DNA of 64,000 bases from an uncultured Clostridiaceae bacterium (lineage in GTDB: Bacteria; Bacillota; Clostridia; TANB77; CAG-465): contig CAMVON010000003.1 of NCBI GenBank assembly GCA_947169155.1, forward strand, positions 76,285 to 140,284. The letters run 5' to 3'. The position numbers and the translations under genes are program-made. The notes below the pieces were generated by a model. It ran no database searches, had not been told where the DNA came from, and was given only the letters and a program-made list of their open reading frames with translations. This document shows, piece after piece, positions 17,280 through 25,913 of the stretch (position 1 is its first letter; each line of letters starts with the position of its first letter).

Positions 17280-18128
17280 ATGATTTTAATATATATTTTT
17301 TTAGGTATATTGATATTACTATGTATATTAATTTATATAAGCAACAATATGCTTAAAGTAACAGAATATAGAGTAGTAAATAGCAAAATACCAAAAGCAT
17401 TTAATAATTTAAATATAGTTCAAATATCTGACACACATTCAAAAATGTTTGGAAAAAACAATGAAAAGTTTATTAATCTAGTTGAAAGTACAAACCCAGA
17501 CATTATAATAATGAGCGGAGATATAATAGCAGGCAAAAAAGGAGACATACAAAAGGCAATAGAAATGTTTAAAACTCTATATCAAAAATATCCTGTTTAT
17601 TATGCTATTGGAAATCACGAGTTGATGTTAGACAGTAATAAATTAAATAAATATTTAAAAATGCTTAAAGAAAACAGAGTAAAAGTACTAATAGATGATA
17701 GTACATATTTTGAAAAAAATGGAGAAAAAATTAGAATAATTGGAATTAATTACGACGAAAATGCAAATATGGAGAACAATTCTATTGACAAAAACAAAAA
17801 CTTTGTTAAAATTATTAAGGATAAAATTAACGATATTAACAAAGATGAGTATAACATTTTAATAGCACATGACCCAGAAAACTTTGAACTTTATGAAAAA
17901 ATTAAACCTGACTTAATATTTTCTGGACATGACCATGGTGGCTTGATTCGTTTTGGAAAAGTTGCACTTTTATCTCCAAGAAGAAAGTTTTTTCCAAAAT
18001 ATGCTTATGGTAAAAATATTATAAACAATACTACAATGATAACAAGCTCAGGTATAGGAAACGCAAGAATTCCAATAAGATTATTTAATAGACCAGAAAT
18101 AGTAAAAGTTATATTAAAAAATGAATAA
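17280..18128 (+). CDS. Membrane-anchored metallophosphoesterase (YkuE/calcineurin-like)
   Basis: 282 aa; motifs ISDTHS, SGDII, GNHE, IAHDP, GHDHGG. Confidence 0.85.
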   Translation: MILIYIFLGILILLCILIYISNNMLKVTEYRVVNSKIPKAFNNLNIVQISDTHSKMFGKNNEKFINLVESTNPDIIIMSGDIIAGKKGDIQKAIEMFKTLYQKYPVYYAIGNHELMLDSNKLNKYLKMLKENRVKVLIDDSTYFEKNGEKIRIIGINYDENANMENNSIDKNKNFVKIIKDKINDINKDEYNILIAHDPENFELYEKIKPDLIFSGHDHGGLIRFGKVALLSPRRKFFPKYAYGKNIINNTTMITSSGIGNARIPIRLFNRPEIVKVILKNE

Positions 18129-18163
18129 TATCTTGAAAACCACTCAAGATATTATATTTTTTT
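18128..18163 (+). terminator. Rho-independent terminator
   Basis: Stem ATATCTTGA (18128-18136) / TCAAGATAT (18144-18152) followed by a T-rich run. Confidence 0.6.
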
Positions 18164-18214
18164 CTGCTATAAATAATAATAAAATAAAAAATGCAAATAA
18201 TATGTAAATTATTG

Positions 18215-18243
18215 TTGCAAAATTATGTAATGTATGTTATAAT
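18215..18243 (+). promoter_or_regulatory. Sigma-A consensus promoter of the Wzz/BY-kinase module
   Basis: TTGCAA (18215-18220), 17 nt, TATAAT (18238-18243), with TGT immediately 5' of the -10. Confidence 0.6.
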
Positions 18244-18271
18244 CAACTTATGTGTTTAAGGGAGGAATAGA

Positions 18272-19000
18272 ATGGAAGAGTTAGATATAATGGAACTTTT
18301 ATATGCTTTAAAAAATAAAATAGTATATATAATAGTTACAGTATTAATATTCGCCGTACTTGGTTTTGTATATTCTAAATTCTTAATTACACCAATGTAC
18401 AAATCAAGCACTTCATTCGTACTTTCAAAATCTACAGAAAGTACAACACAATCAGGAACAACAGTAAGTGAAGGTATTACACAAAGTGATGTAACACTTA
18501 ACTCAAAACTTGTTTCAACATATAGTGAGATAATTAAATCTAAAACAATAGCAAAAGAAGTTATGCAATCATTAGGTCTTGATATGAGCGTAAGTGAATT
18601 TAGATCAAGAGTATCAGTATCTTCAAAATCAGATACAGAACTTATCGAAATCACAGTATCAAATGAAGACCCACAAACTAGTGCAGCTATAGCAAATTCT
18701 CTAGCTGAAGTTTTTAGAGATAAAGTATATGAAGTATATAAAATAGATAACCTATCAGTTATAGATGAAGCTGAACCAAATCCAGTTCCATATAACATAG
18801 GAACTGTTAAAAATATTCTATTATTTGCAATCGTAGGATTAGTATTATCATGTGGAGTAATCTTTGTTATAGTTTACTTTGATGATACAGTAAAAGAAGA
18901 AAAAGATGTAGAAGCTTTAGTTAATATTCCTGTTATTGCAGCTATACCAATACTAGAAGATACTGAAGGAGGTAAATTAAAATGGAAAAAAGCGAAATAA
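18272..19000 (+). CDS. Wzz/YwqC-family chain-length determinant / tyrosine-kinase transmembrane modulator (TkmA-like)
   Basis: 242 aa; GGGAGG RBS; TM helix at each end flanking a Wzz-type extracytoplasmic domain (..KPMYKSSTSFVL.. ..LIEITVSNEDPQ..). Confidence 0.8.
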   Translation: MEELDIMELLYALKNKIVYIIVTVLIFAVLGFVYSKFLITPMYKSSTSFVLSKSTESTTQSGTTVSEGITQSDVTLNSKLVSTYSEIIKSKTIAKEVMQSLGLDMSVSEFRSRVSVSSKSDTELIEITVSNEDPQTSAAIANSLAEVFRDKVYEVYKIDNLSVIDEAEPNPVPYNIGTVKNILLFAIVGLVLSCGVIFVIVYFDDTVKEEKDVEALVNIPVIAAIPILEDTEGGKLKWKKAK

Positions 19001-19704
19001 TTGTAAATGATTTTCCTCGTTCACCAGTAGCTGAATCATTCAGACTTTTCAGAACAAACTTATTATATCTTTTTGAAAATGATGAAAGCAAATCAATTTG
19101 TATAACAAGTTCAAATGCAGGTGAAGGTAAAAGCTGGGTTAGTGCTAACCTTGCAATATCATGTGCTCAATATGGTAAAAAAGTTCTAGTTATAGATGCA
19201 GACTTAAGAAAAGGAAGACAACATAGAATATTTAAAAAATCTAATAGAACAGGTTTATCTGATTTATTAAAAAATCTTAGAGGAAATATCACAGCTGAAG
19301 ATATAGATAAAATTCAAGAAGAATTAACTTTAAAAATTCAAGATACAGATGTACCAAATGTATATCTATTAACATCTGGTCCAGTACCATTTAATCCATC
19401 AGAATTATTAGGTACAGCAAACATTGACTTATTACTTGAATTACTAAAGAAAGAATTTGATATCATTATAATAGATACTCCACCAGCTGCAATCATTGCA
19501 GATGCACTAATATTTGCAACAAAAGTAGACCACATGTTTATAGTTGCAGCATCTAGAAAAACTAAAAAAGAGTATTTATTAACAACTAAAAAAGCTGTTG
19601 AATCTGTAGGTGGTAAAATTTCAGGAATTATATTAAATGAAATAGCTGCCGGAAGAAGAAAAGAATATTCAAAATCATATCAAAAATACGTTATTGAAAA
19701 ATAA
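18982..19704 (+). CDS. CpsD/CapB-family BY tyrosine kinase (PtkA-like)
   Basis: 240 aa; overlaps upstream gene by 19 nt; Walker A SSNAGEGKS, A' VLVIDADLRKG, Walker B IIIIDTPP; C-terminal Tyr cluster EYSKSYQKYV. Confidence 0.85.
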   Translation: MEKSEIIVNDFPRSPVAESFRLFRTNLLYLFENDESKSICITSSNAGEGKSWVSANLAISCAQYGKKVLVIDADLRKGRQHRIFKKSNRTGLSDLLKNLRGNITAEDIDKIQEELTLKIQDTDVPNVYLLTSGPVPFNPSELLGTANIDLLLELLKKEFDIIIIDTPPAAIIADALIFATKVDHMFIVAASRKTKKEYLLTTKKAVESVGGKISGIILNEIAAGRRKEYSKSYQKYVIEK

Positions 19705-19722
19705 TATACAATTAGATTTTAG

Positions 19723-19755
19723 CAGAGTAAATAGCAGTATTTACTCTGTTTTTTT
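19723..19755 (+). terminator. Rho-independent terminator
   Basis: Stem CAGAGTAAATA (19723-19733) / TATTTACTCTG (19738-19748) followed by TTTTTTT. Confidence 0.75.
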
Positions 19756-19782
19756 ATTATATTTTAGAATGGAGGAAAAACT

Positions 19783-20529
19783 ATGATAGATATGCATTGT
19801 CATATCGTTCCCTTTACAGACGATGGAGCAATAGATAATGATGCAAGTATAGAAATGGGAAAACTTGCTATGGAATGTGGATACACAGATATAATTTGCA
19901 CATCTCACTACATTATTCATGATATAGAAAATGATTACAATGAGTATAGGGATAACATTGAAAAGCTAAATAAACTATTTGAATCAAATGGTATAACTGT
20001 TAAGCTTCATCCAGGTAATGAAATTTTCTTTACTAATGACATTGTAGATCTAGTAAAGCAGAAAAAAGTAAGTTCACTAAATGATACCAAATACATATTA
20101 GTTGAATTTCCATTATTTAATAACACATTACCAATGAATGCTTTTGATGAGTTTAATGCTCTTCAAGATGCAGGATATATACCAATTCTTGCACATCCAG
20201 AAAGATATGACTTTGTATCTAAAGGAGTAGAATGTTTAATACCTCTTGTTGAATCTGGAGTATTACTTCAAGCAAATATGGGAAGTATAAATGGAAAATA
20301 TGGAAAACATGCACAAAAGAATATAAAGAAAATGTTAAAACTTAACATGGTACATTTCTTTGGCACAGACTCACATAATACTTCTGTATATGAAATGCAA
20401 GAAAAAGCTTTAAAGAAAGTTAAAAAAATAATAAAAGATGAAGAACTTATTGAAAAGATTTTTGTAGAAAATCCTCAAAAAGTTTTAAACAATGAAAAAA
20501 TAAGCATATGGTACCCAAAGAGCAAGTAA
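19783..20529 (+). CDS. CpsB/YwqE-family PHP-domain tyrosine phosphatase
   Basis: 248 aa; GGAGGA RBS; N-terminal MIDMHCHIVP..DDGA PHP signature, later ..AHPERY.. and ..GTDSH.. Confidence 0.85.
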   Translation: MIDMHCHIVPFTDDGAIDNDASIEMGKLAMECGYTDIICTSHYIIHDIENDYNEYRDNIEKLNKLFESNGITVKLHPGNEIFFTNDIVDLVKQKKVSSLNDTKYILVEFPLFNNTLPMNAFDEFNALQDAGYIPILAHPERYDFVSKGVECLIPLVESGVLLQANMGSINGKYGKHAQKNIKKMLKLNMVHFFGTDSHNTSVYEMQEKALKKVKKIIKDEELIEKIFVENPQKVLNNEKISIWYPKSK

Positions 20530-20546
20530 AACACTTGCTCTTTTTT
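20519..20546 (+). terminator. Rho-independent terminator overlapping the stop codon
   Basis: Stem AGAGCAAGT (20519-20527) / ACTTGCTCT (20533-20541) then TTTTT. Confidence 0.7.
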
Positions 20547-20591
20547 ATTGTAAATATTTAATTTCTATGATACAATTTTGTTGGTGATTAT

Positions 20592-21854
20592 ATGGACAAA
20601 ATTGAAAAGGCAATTATAGTTGGTGCAAATATCGACCAATATGAAAGATTTGAAAAATCAATGGATGAACTAGAAAACCTAGTTCTAGCTTGTGATATAG
20701 AAGTAGTAGGACGTGAAACACAAAATTTACTTGAAGTAAATAATGCTATGTACATTGGAAAAGGAAAGGCAGAAGAAATAGCAACAAAAGCTGAAGCACT
20801 TAAAGTAGATTACGTTATATTCAATAATGAATTATCTGGAAGACAAATGAGAAATTTATCTAAGATAATAAAAGCAGATATTCTAGATAGAACAGCATTA
20901 ATTCTAGAAATATTCTCAAGACGTGCTCGTACTAAAGAGGCAAAACTTCAAGTTGAAGTGGCTCGTCTTGAATATATGATGCCACGTCTTGTTGGAATGC
21001 ATGAAGCACTTGGAAGACAAGGTGGTGGTTCATTCTTTAACAAAGGTTCTGGTGAAAAGAAAATAGAGCTAGATAGAAGACTTATTGAAGAAAAATTAAC
21101 AGACTTAAGACATGAACTTGAAGAATTATCTGTGGATAGAGAAGTTCAAAGAAAAAAACGCGAGGAATCTAATATTCCACTAGTGTCTCTAGTAGGTTAT
21201 ACAAATGCTGGAAAATCTAGTTTAATGAACTATATGATAGATAGATTTGTTAAAGATGAAGATAAAAAAGTTTTTGAAGAAGATATGCTTTTTGCAACTC
21301 TAGAAACATCTGTAAGAAAAATTGAACTAGAAGATAATAGAAAGTTCCTTCTTTCAGATACAGTTGGATTTATTAGTGAACTTCCTCATGATTTAATAAA
21401 AGCATTTAGATCAACTCTTGAAGAGATAAAAAATGCAGATCTTTTAGTACAGGTAATAGACTATTCAGACAAAGATTTTGCAGAGCATATGGAAGTAACA
21501 AAAGATACTTTAGAAAAGATAGGTGCAGGAGATATCCCTGTGATATATGTGTATAACAAATCTGAACTTATGCTTGAAAAACTACCACTTGTGGATGGAA
21601 ATGAAATTTATCTATCAATTAGGCAAAAACGTGGTATGGATGAGTTAATAGATATGATTATTGACAAAATATATAGCCAGTACAAAAAAGTTAAAATGCT
21701 TATTCCATTTAGCGATGGAAGCATAGTTTCATATTTAAATGAACATGCAACTGTAATGAATACAGACTATGATGAAAAAGGAACAATTCTTACAGTAGAA
21801 TGTACACCAGCTCAATATAACAAATACAAAGAATATATAATTGAAGAGGAGTAA
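20592..21854 (+). CDS. hflX: GTPase HflX
   Basis: 420 aa; HflX N-domain (..LEIFSRRARTKEAKLQVEVARLEYMMPRL..), G1 GYTNAGKSSL, G3 DTVGF, G4 NKSE. Confidence 0.9.
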   Translation: MDKIEKAIIVGANIDQYERFEKSMDELENLVLACDIEVVGRETQNLLEVNNAMYIGKGKAEEIATKAEALKVDYVIFNNELSGRQMRNLSKIIKADILDRTALILEIFSRRARTKEAKLQVEVARLEYMMPRLVGMHEALGRQGGGSFFNKGSGEKKIELDRRLIEEKLTDLRHELEELSVDREVQRKKREESNIPLVSLVGYTNAGKSSLMNYMIDRFVKDEDKKVFEEDMLFATLETSVRKIELEDNRKFLLSDTVGFISELPHDLIKAFRSTLEEIKNADLLVQVIDYSDKDFAEHMEVTKDTLEKIGAGDIPVIYVYNKSELMLEKLPLVDGNEIYLSIRQKRGMDELIDMIIDKIYSQYKKVKMLIPFSDGSIVSYLNEHATVMNTDYDEKGTILTVECTPAQYNKYKEYIIEEE

Positions 21855-21858
21855 GAAA

Positions 21859-22659
21859 ATGGAAGAAATTAAACAAATATTTTCAAAAATAAAATTAACA
21901 AATATTTTATCATCTCTTGCTATAATCATTATCAGCTTTATTATATATAAAGTCATAATTTATCTAATTACAAGAGGTGGTGAAAAAACTCAATTAAGTA
22001 TGTTTACTAGTAAAAAAAGTAAGACATATATGAAACTCCTAAAAAGTATAATTAGATACGCATTTACAATTATTACTATACTTATACTACTTCAAGTAAA
22101 TGGAGTCAATGTAAGTTCACTTCTTGCAGGAGTTGGAATATTTAGTGTTGTTGTAGGTCTTGCTATTCAAGATGCTCTAAAAGATATAATTAGAGGAACT
22201 ACTATTTTATCAGATAATTATTTTAACGTAGGAGACGTAGTTAAATATGGAGAAATAGAGGGAAAAGTTGTAGCACTTGGGCTAAAAACTACAAAAATTG
22301 AGTCTTTAGTAGATAATAATATAATATCAATTGCAAATAGAAATATTGAAAAAATTGAAGTACTTAGTGGTATTATAAATGTAAATGTTCCAATGCCTTA
22401 TGAGATAAAAGTAGAAGAAGCTGAAAAAGTTATAAATGAAATAGTTGAATGTGTAAAATGCAACAACAATGTTAAAAATTGCTGGTATAAAGCAGTAAAT
22501 GAATTATCAGATAGTTATATAAATTACTTACTTCAAGTAAATTGCGTTCCACAATTTAAACGTCAAGTAAGAAGAGATACATTAAGAACTGCATTACTTG
22601 TTTTAGAAGACAATAATATTGCAGTACCTTACACACAAATAGATATTCATAACAAATAA
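21859..22659 (+). CDS. MscS-family mechanosensitive channel
   Basis: 266 aa from ATG 21859 (GAGGAG RBS inside the hflX end); three TM helices then MscS beta domain (..FNVGDVVKYGEIEGKVVALGLKTTKI..). Confidence 0.8.
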   Translation: MEEIKQIFSKIKLTNILSSLAIIIISFIIYKVIIYLITRGGEKTQLSMFTSKKSKTYMKLLKSIIRYAFTIITILILLQVNGVNVSSLLAGVGIFSVVVGLAIQDALKDIIRGTTILSDNYFNVGDVVKYGEIEGKVVALGLKTTKIESLVDNNIISIANRNIEKIEVLSGIINVNVPMPYEIKVEEAEKVINEIVECVKCNNNVKNCWYKAVNELSDSYINYLLQVNCVPQFKRQVRRDTLRTALLVLEDNNIAVPYTQIDIHNK

Positions 22660-22666
22660 AAAACAT

Positions 22667-22697
22667 AAGAAGTATAGAAAAATATACTTCTTTTTTT
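22667..22697 (+). terminator. Rho-independent terminator
   Basis: Stem AAGAAGTATA (22667-22676) / TATACTTCTT (22683-22692) then a T-run. Confidence 0.75.
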
Positions 22698-22711
22698 ATA
22701 ATTAAAAACAA

Positions 22712-23077
22712 ATGACAAATAATAAAATTATGGACATAGTTGCAAATATAATTATTGGATTAACAAATGGTATATTTTCAAGTGGTGCTGGTCAAATTTT
22801 GCTTTTATACTACATTTATTTTAAAAAATATGATTCGAAAGATGTTAGAAATTTAAGCCTTGTAATAATGCCACTTATATCAATTCCATCAATGATTTAT
22901 TACTTTTCAAAAATTGAAATTAACAAAAAAGAAATATTTATATTATGCATTATCTCAATCATATTTGGAACATTAGGAAATACAATAATGAAAAAGATAA
23001 ACTCAAATATACTAAATTTAATTTCAGGAATTATATTAGTAACTATTACAATAGTTAATATTTGGTGTATAAAATGA
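22712..23077 (+). CDS. Half-size TauE/SafE (TSUP) family membrane protein, N-half
   Basis: 121 aa; four TM helices; Gly-rich first helix ..GLTNGIFSSGAGQILL.. typical of TSUP repeat units; no obvious RBS. Confidence 0.55.
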   Translation: MTNNKIMDIVANIIIGLTNGIFSSGAGQILLLYYIYFKKYDSKDVRNLSLVIMPLISIPSMIYYFSKIEINKKEIFILCIISIIFGTLGNTIMKKINSNILNLISGIILVTITIVNIWCIK

Positions 23078-23463
23078 TTTATATAATCTCTTGCTTATCT
23101 TCGTTTTTATCTGGTTTGGGAGTGGGAGGAGGATCATTATTTGTTTTAATACAAATAATGTCTAAAAACCAAAATTTGAACCAAATAAGAGCATATAATT
23201 TGACAATGTTTGTAAGTATTGGAATTATTCTTGCAATAAAAAATAAAAATGAAGTAAATAGATTAAAAATTAATAAGTTTTCTATAATATTATTTGCAGC
23301 AATAGGATCAATTATTGGTGCAAAAATTGGAAATAAAACTGATGAAGCAGTAACAAAAAGAATTTTTAACATTTTCATGTTAATTGTTGGACTATATGAA
23401 ATAATTGTCAGTTTAAAAAGAATTAAAAATGGTAAGAATAATAGCATGAAAGGAGATAAATAA
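23074..23463 (+). CDS. Half-size TauE/SafE (TSUP) family membrane protein, C-half
   Basis: 129 aa from ATG 23074, which overlaps the upstream TGA (ATGA); ..LSGLGVGGGSLFV.. TSUP signature; four TM helices. Confidence 0.55.
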   Translation: MIYIISCLSSFLSGLGVGGGSLFVLIQIMSKNQNLNQIRAYNLTMFVSIGIILAIKNKNEVNRLKINKFSIILFAAIGSIIGAKIGNKTDEAVTKRIFNIFMLIVGLYEIIVSLKRIKNGKNNSMKGDK

Positions 23464-23464
23464 T

Positions 23465-23602
23465 ATGAACTTTTTAAAAGGAACAATAATAGGAATGATA
23501 GCAGGTGCGTGCATTGGTTATATGGAAAATGAATCAATATGCAAAATTATGAAAAAAGGTGAAAAAGAATTTAAAAAAATGAAGAGAAAATTTGGAATGT
23601 AG
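23465..23602 (+). CDS. Small (45 aa) membrane peptide, not in the supplied ORF track
   Basis: ATG 23465 lies 8 nt after AAAGGAGA; MNFLKGTIIGMIAGACIGYMENESICKIMKKGEKEFKKMKRKFGM; one Gly-zipper helix plus a basic tail; followed by a terminator. Confidence 0.5.
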   Translation: MNFLKGTIIGMIAGACIGYMENESICKIMKKGEKEFKKMKRKFGM

Positions 23603-23610
23603 TAACTAAA

Positions 23611-23645
23611 AGCTAAGGTAAATCAAATTACTTTAGCTATTTTTA
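23611..23645 (+). terminator. Rho-independent terminator
   Basis: Stem AGCTAAGGTAA / TTACTTTAGCT (one G-U pair) followed by TTTTT. Confidence 0.65.
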
Positions 23646-23685
23646 TGTAAAATTGAGATATTTTGCACTTTTTCTAATACTACAC

Positions 23686-23714
23686 TTGATATTTCTAACT
23701 ATTTAATATATAAT
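23686..23714 (+). promoter_or_regulatory. Sigma-A consensus promoter
   Basis: TTGATA (23686-23691), exactly 17 nt, TATAAT (23709-23714). Confidence 0.6.
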
Positions 23715-23759
23715 TATATGTGTATAAATTTAATTATGTAAGATAATGGGGGAGTTATT

Positions 23760-24080
23760 ATGCAATATAAAAAAGTTATAACTTTATCACTAATATTTGC
23801 TGTTGTTTTTGCAATTGTTAATGAATTTGTTTTTGCAGCATCTACAGCAGTAACAGGAGACGGTATATTAGATGGTGCTTTAAAAGTACTAGTTATGATA
23901 CAAAAATACTCATGGCCAGTAGTTACATTACTTATGGTTTGGGCATTATATAAATACTACGTTATGGGTAATGAAGTTCTAGCAGAAAAAGTTGTAGGAC
24001 AAAGAATGGTAGTTGGAATTGCTATATTTATGGTAGTTGTACAATGTTTACCATTAGTTTATGCATTCTTTATTGTTTAG
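23760..24080 (+). CDS. Small secreted two-TM protein (VirB2/TrbC-like topology; family unknown)
   Basis: 106 aa; GGGGGAG RBS; signal peptide ending ..EFVFA/AST; two hydrophobic helices. Confidence 0.65.
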   Translation: MQYKKVITLSLIFAVVFAIVNEFVFAASTAVTGDGILDGALKVLVMIQKYSWPVVTLLMVWALYKYYVMGNEVLAEKVVGQRMVVGIAIFMVVVQCLPLVYAFFIV

Positions 24081-24157
24081 GACAAGAGCAAAAGATTATA
24101 GACATATTATAATTAATATGCAACCTAAAATTTAATTTATTGAAAGGGAAAGAGAAT

Positions 24158-25861
24158 ATGAGGGTACTTTTTGGAATTAGTAACGATGCCACAATAGCTG
24201 GTATTGCTAGATACTATGAAGAAAAATATAATGAAAAAATAGAATATGATGTGGCTTTATATTTCAATGACTTTAGTAGCAAAATTGCATCTGGAGACTA
24301 CGATAGAGCTCTACTTAGTGAAGAGCTTGAAAAAATGCCAACTAAAAGTTACGCTGAAGCTGATAGACTAATATTTGAATATATAGATGGAATACTTAAT
24401 AATTTTGATGCTAAAGATTTAGTTCTTCTATGTTCTGAAAGAAGAAAATTAGGAGATGATTTCTTAGCTAGATTATTTGCTATTGGTGTATATACTACAC
24501 TTACTGGTACAGATAGAACAAAAGGAAAAGTTTGTGAAGCATTACATAGTCCATATACAAGAAGAGATATGAGAAAATACTATGATAAATCACAAGCAAG
24601 TAATGTTTTTAATGCATCTGAAGTAAGTGAACTTGAACTAAGAAAAATTCTAACATACTTTAGAAATTTAAATGGTGACACTAGCAGATATGTAGAAATA
24701 TTTGATAGAATAAACCAACAATATAATAGCGAACAAATGGCTATTATAATTAGAGTTTTACCTAAAGAAGTAAGAGATTTCTTAGAAAAAAATAGTGAAA
24801 CATATAAAAGTTTGGTTGCACAAAGTCAAATACAAGCTGCACCACCAGTGCAACAGCCACAACCACAACAACATATTCAAACAAATAATAACAACTATGA
24901 GATTAAAAAAGGCGACGATATAGCAAAACAAATAGTAATAAAAGAAGTACCAAAAGAAGTAGTTAAAGAAAAAATTGTTACTCAAGTAGTTGAAAAGAAA
25001 GTTGTAGAACAACTATATGATGTTCCAAAAGATTATAGAAAAACTGTAATTTTTGTTGGAGCTCCAAAAGTTGGAACATCTTTCTGTATAAATGCAATAG
25101 GAACATATCTTGCAAAACAAAAAATAAAAACAGCTATTGTAGATATGACTAGAAAAAGAGATATGTATACTATATACACATATGATAACACTGGTAAGAG
25201 AAATATAGCAGGAGACAGCATGAAATATGCATCAAATGGTAAGAATGAACCATTAATTTATGATAAATTAAGCATATATACTGCAGTACCAGGTGAAGAT
25301 AGAAAATCATATAATCCTAACTTACTTGTAGAAACAATTTCTAAAAATAACAATGTTGTACTAATAGATGCAGACTTTAGTACACCACTAGATTACTTTA
25401 GACTTGCCAACGACATTTATATTGTTCAAGATATGAATATATTAAATGTTAACCAAATCACAATGTTTTTAAGAGAACTTAAACAACGTGGCATAGGTAT
25501 GGAAAAAGTTAAAATAGTAATAAACAAATATGTAGATTGTTCTTTATCTTCAAAAGATATAATTGATGGTATAGCAACATATACTAGTTATGATTTAAAA
25601 ATGTTTGATGAATTATTTAATCCAAAAAGAATACAATACTTTGTATTACCATTTAATGTAGATAACTATAAAAAATATATAGACATGGTATACAAATATT
25701 CAAATAAATTTGCAAGTTTTTCTAAGGATTTCCAAGAAAACTTAAATGGAGTTATAAATAGTATTTATCCAACCAAAGGAGATGTTAGTGTAAAAGAAGA
25801 GCATTATACTGAAGAATCTAATAAAAAGAGCGGTGGATTTAGCCTATTTAGAAGAAAATAG
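24158..25861 (+). CDS. TadZ/CpaE-like protein: atypical receiver domain + degenerate MinD/ParA ATPase domain with MinD-like C-terminal amphipathic tail
   Basis: 567 aa from ATG 24158 (GGGAAAGAG RBS); N-terminal receiver-like fold with Ser where the phospho-Asp is expected (..YDRALLSEELEKMP..); Q/P-rich linker; P-loop-like VGAPKVGTSF lacking the GK[ST] lysine; ..VVLIDADF.. Walker-B-like; ends ..KKSGGFSLFRRK. Confidence 0.6.
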   Translation: MRVLFGISNDATIAGIARYYEEKYNEKIEYDVALYFNDFSSKIASGDYDRALLSEELEKMPTKSYAEADRLIFEYIDGILNNFDAKDLVLLCSERRKLGDDFLARLFAIGVYTTLTGTDRTKGKVCEALHSPYTRRDMRKYYDKSQASNVFNASEVSELELRKILTYFRNLNGDTSRYVEIFDRINQQYNSEQMAIIIRVLPKEVRDFLEKNSETYKSLVAQSQIQAAPPVQQPQPQQHIQTNNNNYEIKKGDDIAKQIVIKEVPKEVVKEKIVTQVVEKKVVEQLYDVPKDYRKTVIFVGAPKVGTSFCINAIGTYLAKQKIKTAIVDMTRKRDMYTIYTYDNTGKRNIAGDSMKYASNGKNEPLIYDKLSIYTAVPGEDRKSYNPNLLVETISKNNNVVLIDADFSTPLDYFRLANDIYIVQDMNILNVNQITMFLRELKQRGIGMEKVKIVINKYVDCSLSSKDIIDGIATYTSYDLKMFDELFNPKRIQYFVLPFNVDNYKKYIDMVYKYSNKFASFSKDFQENLNGVINSIYPTKGDVSVKEEHYTEESNKKSGGFSLFRRK

Positions 25862-25913
25862 AATACTTAACAAAAATTGTTTTGATTATATAATTTAAGG
25901 GAGTGTGATAGAT

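Noticed and set aside
18256-18798. 180-aa minus-strand ORF overlapping the Wzz-like gene
   Set aside because: It is entirely antisense to a gene with an RBS, a promoter and family motifs. It has no RBS and unusual Ser/Thr/Ile-rich composition.
18272-20529. Capsule/EPS biosynthesis locus
   Set aside because: Only the three regulatory genes are present. Flanking genes are unrelated, and terminators close the unit.
23079-23537. 152-aa minus-strand ORF opposite the second TSUP half-gene
   Set aside because: It is a shadow ORF. The + strand carries TSUP motifs and a strong RBS for the 45-aa peptide, and no minus-strand signals are present.
23760-25861. Tad/Flp pilus or conjugative type IV secretion locus
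   Set aside because: There is no secretion ATPase, platform proteins, prepilin peptidase, coupling protein or relaxase nearby. Only the two genes are present, so no pilus or T4SS call is justified.
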